Of a stretch of 64,000 nt of DNA, positions 27,595 to 37,826 are shown piece by piece. Numbering within the stretch: position 1 is the stretch's first letter; every line of letters starts with the position of its first letter. The DNA lies in NCBI GenBank assembly GCA_963809215.1, contig CAWEIJ010000002.1, forward strand, positions 1,108,201 to 1,172,200. Direction: 5' to 3'. The stretch is from an uncultured Chloroflexia bacterium. GTDB lineage: Bacteria; Chloroflexota; Limnocylindria; Limnocylindrales; CSP1-4. Made by a program: the position numbers and the translations under genes. The notes beneath the pieces were generated by a model. The model did no database searches. It saw nothing but the letters and a program-made list of their open reading frames with translations, and was not told where the DNA came from.

Positions 27595-28153
27595 GCCCCG
27601 CCTCGATCGCGCCGCTCACGGGACGGCGCGGACCGGCGGCCGGGGTGAGCTGGCGCGCGCCCGTCACGCGGCACGTCGCCTCGCGCTCGCCTCCCTGTTC
27701 GAGGCGGAGTTCGGCCAGCGGACCGCGGGCGCCGTCCTCGAGCGCCACCTCGCCGAGACCGGGGGTGACCCGGAGACGGCCGTCCATGCCCGCCTGCTCG
27801 TGCGTGCCGTCGCCGAGAACCGGGACCGCGTGGACGCCCGAATCGAGGCGGCCGCGCCGCAGTACCCGGTGGTGACGCTCGCCCGGATGGACCGCGTCCT
27901 GCTCCGTCTGGGCATTACCGAGGTGCTACACTCGCCCGCGACGCCGGCCCGCGTGGCGATCGCCGAATGGGTCGAGCTGGCAAGGGTGTACGGAGGAGAC
28001 CCGGCCCGGCGCCTGGTGAACGGGGTCCTCGGACGCGTCGCCAGGGAGACCACGGCCCATGGCTCCGATGAGCCCAACCGCAACCCAGACCCCGACGAAC
28101 CCGCAGGACTCCAGGAGGGTGCAGGCAAGTGGCGACCACCTACGAGCGGCTGA
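27587..28153 (+). CDS. nusB: Transcription antitermination factor NusB (start uncertain)
   Basis: [18 protein letters not shown]...[17 protein letters not shown]...[29 protein letters not shown] 27587 is the first canonical in-frame start. The 3' end overlaps acpP by 25 nt. Confidence 0.82.
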   Translation: MPEPRLDRAAHGTARTGGRGELARARHAARRLALASLFEAEFGQRTAGAVLERHLAETGGDPETAVHARLLVRAVAENRDRVDARIEAAAPQYPVVTLARMDRVLLRLGITEVLHSPATPARVAIAEWVELARVYGGDPARRLVNGVLGRVARETTAHGSDEPNRNPDPDEPAGLQEGAGKWRPPTSG

Positions 28154-28365
28154 AGAAGATTGTCGTCGAGCAGCTCGGCGTCGACGAGACGGAGGTCACG
28201 CCCGAGGCCTCGTTCGTGGACGATCTGAACGCGGATTCGCTCGACCTCGTCGAGCTCATCATGAGCCTCGAGGAGGAGTTCGGGATCGAGATCTCGGACG
28301 AGGAAGCCGAGAAGATCCGGACCGTGCAGGACGCCTCCGACTACATCGACGAGCACGCCAGCTGA
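28129..28365 (+). CDS. acpP: Acyl carrier protein
   Basis: GTG start with [32 protein letters not shown] carries the phosphopantetheine Ser in DSLD. Confidence 0.95.
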   Translation: MATTYERLKKIVVEQLGVDETEVTPEASFVDDLNADSLDLVELIMSLEEEFGIEISDEEAEKIRTVQDASDYIDEHAS

Positions 28366-28378
28366 CCGCGCCCGGCGA

Positions 28379-29146
28379 TTGCCGGGAGGCGCTCCGCCCG
28401 CATCGCGCACGTCGGCGGCATTCGGCGCGCGACTGGGCATCGCATTCGACGACCCCGGCCTGCTCGAGCGCGCGCTGGTCCACGGAAGCTGGCTTCACGA
28501 GCATCCGGACGGGGCGCCCGGCCACAACGAGCGACTGGAGTTCCTCGGCGACTCGGTGATCAGCCTCGTCATCTCCGAGGCGCTGCACGCGCGCCATCCG
28601 GACGACGACGAGGGCTTCCTGTCGACACGCCGCGCGGCGATCGTGAGCGCGAGCGGGCTTGCGCGCCTTGCCCGTCGCATCGACCTTGGCGAGGCGATCC
28701 TCCTCGGCGAGGGCGAGGCGCTGCAGCGCGGCGGGCGCGCCCGGGAGGCGCTGCTGGCGTCCGCGTTCGAGGCGCTGGCCGGCGCGATCTTCCTCGACCG
28801 GGGATGGGACCGGGTTCGCGCCTGGCTCCTGGCGCTCGCCGCGCCCGAGCTCGAGGCCGACGCGCCGGCCGGGACCCTCAAGAGCCCGAAGAACCGGCTG
28901 CAGGAGCTGACGCAGCGCTCCGGCGAGCGGCCGGACTATCGCGTGGTGCAGTCGTCCGGGCCGGACCACGCCCGTGAGTTCGTGATCGAGGTCGCCGTGG
29001 GCGGCGAGGTGGTCGGGACCGGGACCGGGAGCTCGCTCCGCGCCGCGCAGACGGCGGCCGCGGAGGCCGGACTCGAGGCCCTCGGCCGGCGCGCCGCCCG
29101 GGACACCCCGGCAGGGGCGATCCCACCGGAGCTCGCCGGGACGTGA
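28379..29146 (+). CDS. rnc: Ribonuclease III
   Basis: Signature NERLEFLGDSV, EALAGAIFLD, and a C-terminal dsRBD (KSPKNRLQEL...GSSLRAAQTAAAEAGLEAL). TTG 28379 is the only canonical start. Confidence 0.92.
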   Translation: MPGGAPPASRTSAAFGARLGIAFDDPGLLERALVHGSWLHEHPDGAPGHNERLEFLGDSVISLVISEALHARHPDDDEGFLSTRRAAIVSASGLARLARRIDLGEAILLGEGEALQRGGRAREALLASAFEALAGAIFLDRGWDRVRAWLLALAAPELEADAPAGTLKSPKNRLQELTQRSGERPDYRVVQSSGPDHAREFVIEVAVGGEVVGTGTGSSLRAAQTAAAEAGLEALGRRAARDTPAGAIPPELAGT

Positions 29147-32100
29147 GCGGGAACGCACGCCTCGTCGCGCTCCGGCTCCACGGCTTCAAGTCGTTCGCCG
29201 AGCGGACCGTCGTGGAGTTTGCGCCGGGCATCAACGCCGTCGTCGGTCCCAATGGCTCGGGCAAGAGCAACCTCGCCGACGCGCTCCGCTGGGCGCTGGG
29301 TGAGCAGGGCCGGGCAATCCGTTCGCGCAAGTCGGAGGACGTGGTCTTCGCCGGGTCGGAGCGCCGGCCGGCGCTCGGGATGGCGGACGTCACCCTCGTC
29401 CTCGACAACGCCGACGGCCTCGTCCCGGTCGACTTCGTCCAGATCGAGCTGGGGCGGCGTCTGTATCGCTCGGGCGAGAACGACTACATGGTGAACCGCC
29501 AGCGCGTGCGCCTCCGCGACCTGGTCGACCTCCTGGACGCCGCGCATCTCGCGGAGAACGCCTTCCTCTTCATCGGGCAGGGAATGGTCGACCAGGCCCT
29601 CGCGCTGCGCCCCGAGGAGCGGCGGCCGCTCTTCGAGGAGGTGGCCGGCGTCCGGCGCCACGAGCGACGGCGCCGCAAGGCCGAGGAGCAGCTGGAAGAG
29701 GCGACGACCAACATCGCTCGCGTCGAGGACATCCTGGGCGAGCTGCGCCCGCAGGCGCGGCGCCTGGCGGCCCAGGCCGAGCAGCAGGCGTCGCGCGCCC
29801 GCGCCGGCGAGGAGCTCGCGACGGCGCTCGTCGCGGCGCTGGGGACGCGCTGGCACGTGGCGGCAACGGGTCATCGCGCGGCCCGCCTCGAGCTCGAGCG
29901 GGCGCGACGCGGCGCTTCCGGCGCGCTCGACGCGCTCCAGGCCGCGGAGGGCGCGGCCGCAGACGCGGCCCGCGATCTCGGCGCCCGCGCGGAGGTGGAG
30001 CGCGCCGCCCGTGTGGCGCACGAGGACGCACGTGCGTCGCTCGCCGTGCTCCAGCTCGACGCGGCGCGGGCGTCGGCAGAGGCCGCCGGGATCGCGCGCG
30101 ACCGCGACCGGCTCGCGGCCGAGCGCACGGCCGCCGAGGCCGAGCTGGCTGCTCGCCGGCGTGAGCTCTCGCTCCCCGTGCCGGAGCCGGATCGGGCGCT
30201 CGACGCGGAGCTCGCGGAGATCGACCGCGCGCTCGCAGAGGCACGAGGCGAGGCCCAGGCCCTCCGGGTGGCGACGGTCGCCCGCTCGGAGGCGGCCGCG
30301 GCGCTGCAACGAGCTCGCCTCACGCGGGCCGCCGAGCGCGACGGCCTGCGGTCACGGCTGGTCGAGGTCGACCGCCGCCTTGCCGACGAGGAGGCGGCGG
30401 CAGAGGCCGCCACGGCGCGATCGGGCGGCCTCGGCGTCGAGGCAGCGTCGCAGCGCGCAGCAGCCGAGGCCGCGCGCATCGACGAGGCCACCGCGGCCGA
30501 GCACCGGGACCGCGCGCGCACGGTTGCGGCGACGACGGAGGCCGCGCGACTCGCCGCAGCCGACGCGGCGGCCGGCGCCGGCGCCGGCGCGGCCACGCTC
30601 CGCGGGCGCCTCGCGGCGCTCCAGTCGGCGCTCGCCGAGGACGAGACGAGGGGCATCGGCCGTGCGGCTCGACGGCTCGGCGGCCGCGCCATGGCCGCGG
30701 GGCTCGACGTCGACCCGGCGCTTCGGGTGGCGGTCGCGGCCGCGCTGGGGGAGCTTGCCCGGTCATACGTGGTCCGGCGCGACAGCCTCGAGGCGTTGAG
30801 CGCCGAGCGCGGTCTCCTGGTCCTGGGCGACGCTGCCGGGCCCGGTGCGACGCGGCCGCCGGCCACGGAGACCGCCGTCGCGCGCGCCGCGGTAGCTCGG
30901 ACGGGTGGCGGCCTCCTCGGGGACGCGGTCCGCTCGGATGGCGCGGGGACCGCCTCGCGGATCCTGGCCCGCTGCGCCTGGGTCCCGACGCTGACGGACG
31001 CCCTCGAGGTCGCGGCGGCGCTTCCCGCCGGCTGGCGTGTCGCTGCCCGCACGGGCGCGGTGGTCACCGCCGATGGGACGGTTGGCCTCGGGATCGCCGA
31101 CGCCGGGCTCGAGCGGCGCGCCGAGGCCGACTCGCTCGGCCGTGACGTGGCCGCCGCCGAGGCCGTGCGAATGGAGGTCAACGCGCGCCTCTCCGCCGCG
31201 GAGACTGACGCCGCTGCGGCGCGCGCCGGTCATGACGAGGCACGGCGCGCCGAGGCCGATGCGGCCGCGCGGCGGAGGGCGGCCGAGGAGACGGAGCGCC
31301 GCGCCTCGCGCGACGTCGAGCAGGCGACGCGAGAGGCTGGCTGGCACACGTCGCGGGCGTCCGCCCTGCGCGCCGAACGGATTGCCCTCGCCGAGCGCCT
31401 GGCGGCTCTCGATGCGGGATCGTCCGGCGACGACGGCACGTCCGCCGGTGATTCGGGCAGTGGCACGGACGCGGGGGCCGCACCGCGCGATACGGGGAGC
31501 GCGCTCGATGCATGGGAGGCCCGCGTCGCCCACCTCCACGGCCGGCAGGAGCACCTCTCGGCGGACCGTGCGGCGCGCGAGGCCGAACGGCGGGCGGCCG
31601 ACGATCGACGCGCCAGGGCAGACGCGTCAGCCACGCTCGCCGAGGAGCGGATCTCTCGCGCCGACACGGAGGCGACGGCGCTCGCCGTGCGTGAGGAGGC
31701 GCTCGAGGCACGGCGCACGGCACGCGAGGTCGATCTCGCGGGCGCGTCCGCGCGCGAGGAGGCAGCACGGAGCGCCCTCGACCGCTGCCTTGCCGACGAT
31801 GCCGTGGATCGCGACCGGCTGCGTCGGGCCGAGACGGCCGTGGCCGCGGCGCGCGACGCCCTGCGACGCGCGGAGGAGGTCGCCGGCGCCGCGACCGTTC
31901 GCGAGCTGGAGGCGCGGCTCGGCCTCGACGCCGTCCGCGAGCAGGCCCTCGTCGAGCTGGCGGGGCTTGGCGATCTCGGGGTGCGTGCGCTCGCTGCGGC
32001 CGATGACGGCCCGGCCGACCCGGAGAAGGATGCGCGAGCGGAGATTGGCCCGTTCTCGGATGCCGTCGACGACGACGGCGCGCGGCTCGCCGGGGCCCTG

Positions 32101-32883
32101 GCCCGGGCGGGCGAGCGCTGGGAGATCGCCGCTCCGTCTGCCGAGGGCTCGTCGCCCGGTCGCCTCGCGGGGCTCAGGCGACGGTTCCACGAGATGGGCG
32201 CGGCGAACCCGTTCGCGCTCGAGGAGCACGCCGCGGTCCGCGCCCGCCTCGACGAGCTCGAGGGCCAGCGAAGGGACCTCGACCGCGCGATCGATCGAAC
32301 GCGGGCGCTCATCGGCGAGCTCGACGCCCTCATCTCGGCGCAGTTCCGGGCGACCTTCGTCGCCCTCGAGGCGGCATTCGACCGGCGCTTCCAGCAGCTC
32401 TTCGGCGGCGGGTTCGCCCGCCTCAGCCTGACCGACCCGACCGACCTGGCGGCGACCGGCGTGGAGATCGTCGCCCGCCCGCCCGGCAAGAAGGCGCAGG
32501 CGCTCTCGATGCTCTCCGGGGGCGAGCGCGCCCTGACGGCCGTCGCGCTCCTCTTCGCGATGCTCGAGGTGCGGCCGGTCCCGTTCTGCGTCCTCGACGA
32601 GGTGGACGCGGCGCTCGACGAGGCGAATGTCGGCCGGTTCGTCGAGGCCCTGCAGGAGCTCGCCGAGTCGACACAGTTCGTGGTCATCACGCACAATCGC
32701 GGCACGATCGAGGCGGCCGACGCACTCTTCGGGGTCACGGTGGGGGTCGACGCGGTGAGCCGGGTGATCAGCCTCCGTCTCGACGAGGCGACGGCCATCG
32801 CGGACCGTGTCGCGCACGCCGGCGGACGGACTGCGCGCGCGACCGTGGACCCGGCGTTCGCGGACCGGGCGCCAGCCGGCTGA
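29143..32883 (+). CDS. smc: Chromosome segregation protein SMC
   Basis: 1246 aa. Walker A GPNGSGKSN, very long Ala/Arg/Glu coiled coils, signature LSGGERAL, Walker B FCVLDEVDAALD. GTGA overlap with rnc. Confidence 0.95.
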   Translation: MSGNARLVALRLHGFKSFAERTVVEFAPGINAVVGPNGSGKSNLADALRWALGEQGRAIRSRKSEDVVFAGSERRPALGMADVTLVLDNADGLVPVDFVQIELGRRLYRSGENDYMVNRQRVRLRDLVDLLDAAHLAENAFLFIGQGMVDQALALRPEERRPLFEEVAGVRRHERRRRKAEEQLEEATTNIARVEDILGELRPQARRLAAQAEQQASRARAGEELATALVAALGTRWHVAATGHRAARLELERARRGASGALDALQAAEGAAADAARDLGARAEVERAARVAHEDARASLAVLQLDAARASAEAAGIARDRDRLAAERTAAEAELAARRRELSLPVPEPDRALDAELAEIDRALAEARGEAQALRVATVARSEAAAALQRARLTRAAERDGLRSRLVEVDRRLADEEAAAEAATARSGGLGVEAASQRAAAEAARIDEATAAEHRDRARTVAATTEAARLAAADAAAGAGAGAATLRGRLAALQSALAEDETRGIGRAARRLGGRAMAAGLDVDPALRVAVAAALGELARSYVVRRDSLEALSAERGLLVLGDAAGPGATRPPATETAVARAAVARTGGGLLGDAVRSDGAGTASRILARCAWVPTLTDALEVAAALPAGWRVAARTGAVVTADGTVGLGIADAGLERRAEADSLGRDVAAAEAVRMEVNARLSAAETDAAAARAGHDEARRAEADAAARRRAAEETERRASRDVEQATREAGWHTSRASALRAERIALAERLAALDAGSSGDDGTSAGDSGSGTDAGAAPRDTGSALDAWEARVAHLHGRQEHLSADRAAREAERRAADDRRARADASATLAEERISRADTEATALAVREEALEARRTAREVDLAGASAREEAARSALDRCLADDAVDRDRLRRAETAVAAARDALRRAEEVAGAATVRELEARLGLDAVREQALVELAGLGDLGVRALAAADDGPADPEKDARAEIGPFSDAVDDDGARLAGALARAGERWEIAAPSAEGSSPGRLAGLRRRFHEMGAANPFALEEHAAVRARLDELEGQRRDLDRAIDRTRALIGELDALISAQFRATFVALEAAFDRRFQQLFGGGFARLSLTDPTDLAATGVEIVARPPGKKAQALSMLSGGERALTAVALLFAMLEVRPVPFCVLDEVDAALDEANVGRFVEALQELAESTQFVVITHNRGTIEAADALFGVTVGVDAVSRVISLRLDEATAIADRVAHAGGRTARATVDPAFADRAPAG

Positions 32884-32898
32884 CGAGCGAGACGACCG

Positions 32899-34020
32899 AT
32901 GTTCTGGCGCCGCCGACCAACCCAGCCCGACGTCCCCGTCGAGGACGGACCGGTCTCGGACGCCCAGATCGAGGCCGAGCTCGAGGCGGAGCTCACGGCG
33001 CCCGCGCCGGTGCCGTCGACCCCGACGGAGAGCGCCCCGGAGGCGTCGGAAACGGCCGCGGCGGAGACGGCCGGGGCAGGGATCGCCGGAGGCGGCGAGG
33101 AGATGCCCGCGAACACGGCCATGCCCGTCGAAGAACCGCTGGCGGCGGGCGTCGAGCGGAGCCGGGGCGGCTTCATGGCGCGCCTCAAGGGGATCCTCGG
33201 GCGCGGAGACCCGGACGCGGGGACGTGGGAGGAGGTCGAGGAGACCCTCATCGCGGGCGACGTCGGCGCGGCGCTCGCGCTCGAGGTCGTCGATCGCGCG
33301 AGGCGACGCAGGGACGGCGGCGGTCCGGTCGCGGCGGTCCGGGCGGAGCTCGCGTCGCTGCTGGTCGATCGCGAGCCAGGCTGGGAACCGCACCGCGCCG
33401 GACCAGGCTTCCCCGCGATCATCCTGGTCGTCGGCGTCAACGGGACGGGCAAGACGACGACGATCGGGAAGCTCGCGTTCCGCTTCCGCGCCGAGGGCGA
33501 GACGGTCCTCCTCGCGGCGGGCGACACGTTCCGGGCGGCGGCGATCGAGCAGCTCCGGGCCTGGGGCGAGCGAGCGGGGGCACAGGTGGTCGCCCACGCG
33601 CCCGGCGCGGACCCGTCCGCCGTCGTCTACGACGCCGTCGACGCGGCGATCGCGCGGCATGTCGACGTGCTCATCGCCGACACCGCCGGCCGGCTCCACA
33701 CCAAGTCGAACCTCATGGACGAGCTCGCCAAGATGCGCCGCGTGATCGATCGCCGCCTCCCCGGCGCGGTCCCGGAGGTCCTCTTCGTGCTCGACGCGAC
33801 GACCGGGCAGAACGGCCTCGCCCAGGCGAAGGCCTTCCACGTTTCGACGGGCCTCACCGGGATCATCCTGACGAAGCTTGATTCGACCGCGAAGGGCGGG
33901 ATCGTCTTCGCGATCGAGCAGGCGCTCGGCGTCCCGGTCCGGTTCGTCGGGGTGGGGGAGCACGTGGGGGACCTGCTCCCGTTCGACCCGGCCGCGTTCG
34001 TTGGGGCGCTCTTCGGCTGA
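32899..34020 (+). CDS. ftsY: Signal recognition particle receptor FtsY
   Basis: Acidic N-terminal region, then the NG domain: GVNGTGKTTTIGK, DTAGRLH, TKLDSTAKGG. Confidence 0.95.
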   Translation: MFWRRRPTQPDVPVEDGPVSDAQIEAELEAELTAPAPVPSTPTESAPEASETAAAETAGAGIAGGGEEMPANTAMPVEEPLAAGVERSRGGFMARLKGILGRGDPDAGTWEEVEETLIAGDVGAALALEVVDRARRRRDGGGPVAAVRAELASLLVDREPGWEPHRAGPGFPAIILVVGVNGTGKTTTIGKLAFRFRAEGETVLLAAGDTFRAAAIEQLRAWGERAGAQVVAHAPGADPSAVVYDAVDAAIARHVDVLIADTAGRLHTKSNLMDELAKMRRVIDRRLPGAVPEVLFVLDATTGQNGLAQAKAFHVSTGLTGIILTKLDSTAKGGIVFAIEQALGVPVRFVGVGEHVGDLLPFDPAAFVGALFG

Positions 34021-34174
34021 CAGCGCCGCGGCCGCTCGCCGCGAGGGTCCGCCGGGCGTGCCAGCCGATCAATGGCGTACACTCCCGGTTGCCTCGGTGT
34101 CGCCAGAACCCGCGCACCGCCTGGCGTCGCATCCGCGGCGCCACCTCTCCGGTCCACAGGAGCCCCGCCCGGCC

Positions 34175-35494
34175 ATGTTCGACGCCCTCTCGGAGCGCCT
34201 CCGACGCACGCTCGGCTCGCTCACCGGTCGTGGCCGGGTCAGCGAGGCCGACGTCGAGACGGCGATGCGCGAGGTCCGGCTCGCCCTGCTCGAGGCCGAC
34301 GTCAACTTCAAGGTCGTGAAGGACTTCACGGCCCGCGTACGCGAGCGCGCGATCGGCGCGGACGTGCTGGCGTCCCTGAACGCGGGCCAGCAGGTCGTCA
34401 AGATCGTCAACGAGGAGCTGACCGCCCTCCTCTCGGCCGGCGATCGGACGCTTCACTTCTCGGGCAACCCGGCCGTCATCGCCCTCGTCGGGCTCCAGGG
34501 GTCGGGCAAGACGACGACCGCGGCCAAGCTCGCCCGCCACATCGTCAAGATCGGCCGGCGGCCCCTGCTCGTGGCCGCGGACCCGTACCGCCCGGCCGCG
34601 ATCGAGCAGCTCATGACGCTCGGTGCCTCGCTGGACCTGCCGGTCTTCGCGGCACCGCCCGGGACGCCCGTCCCCGAGATCGGACGGCTCGGGATCGAGC
34701 ACGCCCGGCACGAGGTGCGCGACACGGTCATCCTGGACACGGCGGGCCGGCTCACCCTCGACGAGGTCCTGATGGCCGAGGTGACCGACCTCGTGCGGAC
34801 GGCCCGACCGGTCGAGACGCTGCTCGTGATCGACGCGATGGTGGGGCAGGAAGCGGTGTCGGTGGCGCAGGCCTTCGCCGCGGCCGTCCCGCTCACCGGC
34901 CTCGTCCTCACGAAGATCGACGGCGACGCCCGCGGCGGCGCCGCGCTCTCGATCAGCGCGGTCACGGGGCTGCCCGTGAAGTTCCTCGGCACCGGCGAGA
35001 AGACCGACGCCCTCGAGCCCTTCCACCCCGACCGCCTGGCCGGCCGGATCCTCGGCATGGGCGACGTCCTGACCCTGATCGAGCGTGCCCAGGACGCCTT
35101 CGACGCGAGCGCGGCCGAGAAGGCTGCCGCCAAGATGCAGTCGGGCAGCTTCACCCTGGAGGACATGCTGGAGCAGCTCCAGCAGGTCAAGAAGATGGGG
35201 CCGCTCGGGCAGGTCATGGAGATGATCCCGGGGTTCGGGGGGATGGCCCGCGAGGCGCAGGATTCGGTCGACCGCGGCGACCTCCGGCGGACCGAGGCGA
35301 TCATCCGCTCGATGACCCGCGTCGAGCGACGCGATCCCACGATCCTGAACGGGAGCCGGCGCCGCAGGATCGCGACCGGCTCCGGGACTTCGATCGTCGA
35401 GGTCAATCGTCTCGTCAAGCAGTTCGGCGAGATGCAGAAGCTCATGAAGCAGCTCCGCGGGGGCCGCCGGCTCCCCGGGCTCTTCGGCCGCTGA
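34175..35494 (+). CDS. ffh: Signal recognition particle protein Ffh
   Basis: ATG 34175 lies inside ORF 33878..35494. GLQGSGKTTTAAKLA, DTAGRL, TKIDGDARGG, and a Met-rich M domain (MGPLGQVMEMIPGFGGM). Confidence 0.96.
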   Translation: MFDALSERLRRTLGSLTGRGRVSEADVETAMREVRLALLEADVNFKVVKDFTARVRERAIGADVLASLNAGQQVVKIVNEELTALLSAGDRTLHFSGNPAVIALVGLQGSGKTTTAAKLARHIVKIGRRPLLVAADPYRPAAIEQLMTLGASLDLPVFAAPPGTPVPEIGRLGIEHARHEVRDTVILDTAGRLTLDEVLMAEVTDLVRTARPVETLLVIDAMVGQEAVSVAQAFAAAVPLTGLVLTKIDGDARGGAALSISAVTGLPVKFLGTGEKTDALEPFHPDRLAGRILGMGDVLTLIERAQDAFDASAAEKAAAKMQSGSFTLEDMLEQLQQVKKMGPLGQVMEMIPGFGGMAREAQDSVDRGDLRRTEAIIRSMTRVERRDPTILNGSRRRRIATGSGTSIVEVNRLVKQFGEMQKLMKQLRGGRRLPGLFGR

Positions 35495-35512
35495 GGCCAA
35501 GGGAGACACGCG

Positions 35513-37258
35513 ATGGCCGAGTTCACGCCCGCCCCGGTCATGTCCGGGGCACCGCAGCAGGACGGCGCCTCCGCGACTGGCGCGCGTTCGCGGCGCGCGA
35601 CGGGCCTGCTCCGCTGGGGCATCGCGCTCGTCGTGCTCGCGCTGGTCGTCGGCACCGTCTCGGTCGGCACGATCCTCCTGACCGCGGGCGGCGCGACGTC
35701 GACGGTCGAGGGCTGGATCCCGGCCGGCACGGTCGTCTACCTCGAGGGACGAGCCGACCTCCCGGGTGACCAGCGCCAGAACGTGGGGAACATCATCGCC
35801 AGGTTCCCCGGCTTCAAGGACCAGGCCTCGCTCGACTCCAAGATCGACCAGGCGCTCGACCAGGCCCTCCAGAAGTCGGGGATCAGCTGGACCACGGACC
35901 TCAAGCCGTGGGTCGCCGGCGAGGTCGGCGTGGCCGTGACGCGCGACATGCTCGACCTGGCCGCTTCGGCCCAGAAGGACCCGAACACGGTCGCGGCGCC
36001 CGACCGCGGTGCGGTCGTGCTGGTGAGCGTCAAGGACGCGGCGGCCGCCGCGGCGTGGGTTGCCGGGCAGGCCGGCGGCACGCCGACCACCGCCACGTAC
36101 GGTGACGGGCAGATCACGACCGTCACCAGGGCCGGCGTCAGCGTGGCCTGGGCCACCCGCGGAACGGTCCTGCTGCTCGGGCCCGAGGTGTCGGTCAAGG
36201 CCGCCCTCGATACGAAGGGCGCCAGCCCGGTCGCGGCCTCCAGCGCGTTCGTCGCGGCGCGGAAGGCCGCGCCGGGCTCGTACCTCGGCTTCGGCTGGGT
36301 CGACACACGGTCGATCTTCGACGCCGTCCTCGGGATGGCCGGCAGCTCGGCGAGCATCCCGCAGGCCTGCAAGGACAGCGCGGCGGCTGCCGTCCCGGAC
36401 TGGTCGGCGGGATTCGCGCACGCCGCGGATTCGGCGCTCGTGATGGACCTCGTTGCGCCGGTCACGTCCGCGGCGCCGGCATCCGGCCCCGCCGCGCGGG
36501 ACACGCCGAGCGCGATCGCGGCGCACCTTCCTGCGGCCACGCTCGTGGCCTTCGAGGGCCGCCAGGCCGGACCCGCGCTCGTGGCCTTCTGGGCCGGCTT
36601 CAAGGCCAGCCTCGCCTGCGACCCGTCCGTCAAGGACACGCTCGGCCAGGTGGACACCGCGCTCGCCGCGATCGGCGGCCTCGACTCGCTCTTCGGCTGG
36701 GCGGGCGATTCCGCCGTTGCCGTCGAGTTCGCCGGCGGCACGTTCGACGGGGGCGTGGCGGCGATCGCCACGGACCAGGCGGCAGCCTCGCGCACGCTCG
36801 GCCAGGTCCAGGCGGCCCTCGCGCTCGCCGGGACGGGCGCCGGCATCTCCACCCGGACCGAGTCCTACGGAGGCGGCAGCCTGTTCATCGTGACCGTGCC
36901 CGGGCAGGCATCGGGAATGGCCATCCCGGAGATCGCGGCGACCGTCCAGAACGGGGTCTTCGTCCTCGGGACGCTCGACTTCGTCAAGCACGTCGTCGAC
37001 ACGACGGCGGCAACCTCGCTCTCCGCGGCGCCGGCCTACACGACCGCGATCTCGGCGGCGGGCGGGGACGGCGTGAGCGACCTCTTCGTCGACATCTCCG
37101 GCATTCGCGCCGCGGCCGAGGCGATGATGCCCGCGGCGGAGAAGACCAGCTACGAGACGAACGTGCAGCCGTTCCTCGTGCCGTTCGACGCGTTCGCGAG
37201 CGTGACGAAGGCGCCGGGCGCCAACCGGACCAGTCGCCAGGTGCTCGTGTTCAAGTAG
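35513..37258 (+). CDS. Membrane-anchored hypothetical protein, probably DUF3352 family
   Basis: 581 aa, intact. One N-terminal TM helix ([25 protein letters not shown]), then an Ala/Gly/Thr-rich extracytoplasmic region. The family call is from memory of DUF3352 size and topology and has not been verified. Confidence 0.6.
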   Translation: MAEFTPAPVMSGAPQQDGASATGARSRRATGLLRWGIALVVLALVVGTVSVGTILLTAGGATSTVEGWIPAGTVVYLEGRADLPGDQRQNVGNIIARFPGFKDQASLDSKIDQALDQALQKSGISWTTDLKPWVAGEVGVAVTRDMLDLAASAQKDPNTVAAPDRGAVVLVSVKDAAAAAAWVAGQAGGTPTTATYGDGQITTVTRAGVSVAWATRGTVLLLGPEVSVKAALDTKGASPVAASSAFVAARKAAPGSYLGFGWVDTRSIFDAVLGMAGSSASIPQACKDSAAAAVPDWSAGFAHAADSALVMDLVAPVTSAAPASGPAARDTPSAIAAHLPAATLVAFEGRQAGPALVAFWAGFKASLACDPSVKDTLGQVDTALAAIGGLDSLFGWAGDSAVAVEFAGGTFDGGVAAIATDQAAASRTLGQVQAALALAGTGAGISTRTESYGGGSLFIVTVPGQASGMAIPEIAATVQNGVFVLGTLDFVKHVVDTTAATSLSAAPAYTTAISAAGGDGVSDLFVDISGIRAAAEAMMPAAEKTSYETNVQPFLVPFDAFASVTKAPGANRTSRQVLVFK

Positions 37259-37326
37259 CGACCACTCGCGGGAAGACGGCCCGGTCGGGCCCATCGCCCA
37301 CCAAGCAGGAGGAGAAGGACCAGGAC

Positions 37327-37581
37327 ATGGCAGCTCGAATTCGACTCACACGTGTCGGCGCCACGAAGCAGCCGGCGTATCGCGTCGTCGTCGCCGACAG
37401 CCGGAGCCCGCGCGACGGCCGCACGATCGAGATCCTCGGCCACTACAACCCGCGGACCGAGCCGGTGGACTTCGCCGTCGACGTCGAGAAGACCAGGGCC
37501 TGGATCGCCAAGGGCGCCCTGCCGACCGAGACGGTTCAGCGCCTCCTCCGCAACGCCGGCGTCCTGCCGGCCGCGAAGTAG
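37327..37581 (+). CDS. rpsP: 30S ribosomal protein S16
   Basis: [53 protein letters not shown]. Confidence 0.95.
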   Translation: MAARIRLTRVGATKQPAYRVVVADSRSPRDGRTIEILGHYNPRTEPVDFAVDVEKTRAWIAKGALPTETVQRLLRNAGVLPAAK

Positions 37582-37592
37582 AGGAGCCCGCG

Positions 37593-37826
37593 ATGGCAGC
37601 CCCGCAGCTCGTCGAGTTCGTCGCGAAGGCGCTCGTCGACCATCCCGAGCAGGTCCAGGTCGTGGTCACCCAGGAGGCCGGCGCGACCGTCATCGAGCTT
37701 CGCGTCGCCGAGGACGACATGGGCAAGGTGATCGGGAGGAACGGGAGCGTCGCCAAGGCGCTCCGGACGCTCCTCAAGGTCGTCGGCGCCCGGGACGGCG
37801 AGCTGTTCCAGCTGGAGATCGTCTGA
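37593..37826 (+). CDS. KH domain RNA-binding protein (YlqC family)
   Basis: 77 aa. LVEFVAKALVDHPEQV...DDMGKVIGRNGSVAKALRTLL (GxxG KH motif). Lies between rpsP and rimM. Confidence 0.9.
   Translation: MAAPQLVEFVAKALVDHPEQVQVVVTQEAGATVIELRVAEDDMGKVIGRNGSVAKALRTLLKVVGARDGELFQLEIV

Noticed and set aside
28129-28153. The 25-nt overlap of the nusB 3' end with acpP considered as another frame break.
   Set aside because: The NusB tail (…[25 protein letters not shown]…) is plausible low-complexity sequence. No alternative frame gives a better continuation or an earlier well-placed stop with supporting conservation. There is insufficient evidence either way.
34021-34174. An SRP RNA (ffs), a tRNA or another small RNA in the ftsY-ffh spacer and in other gaps of 100 bp or more (13247-13438, 41075-41373, 49575-49802).
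   Set aside because: I saw no tRNA cloverleaf features (such as GTTCGAATC-like T-loops) and no SRP domain IV motif. The gaps are better explained by promoters, leaders and terminators. A covariance-model scan would be needed to be certain.
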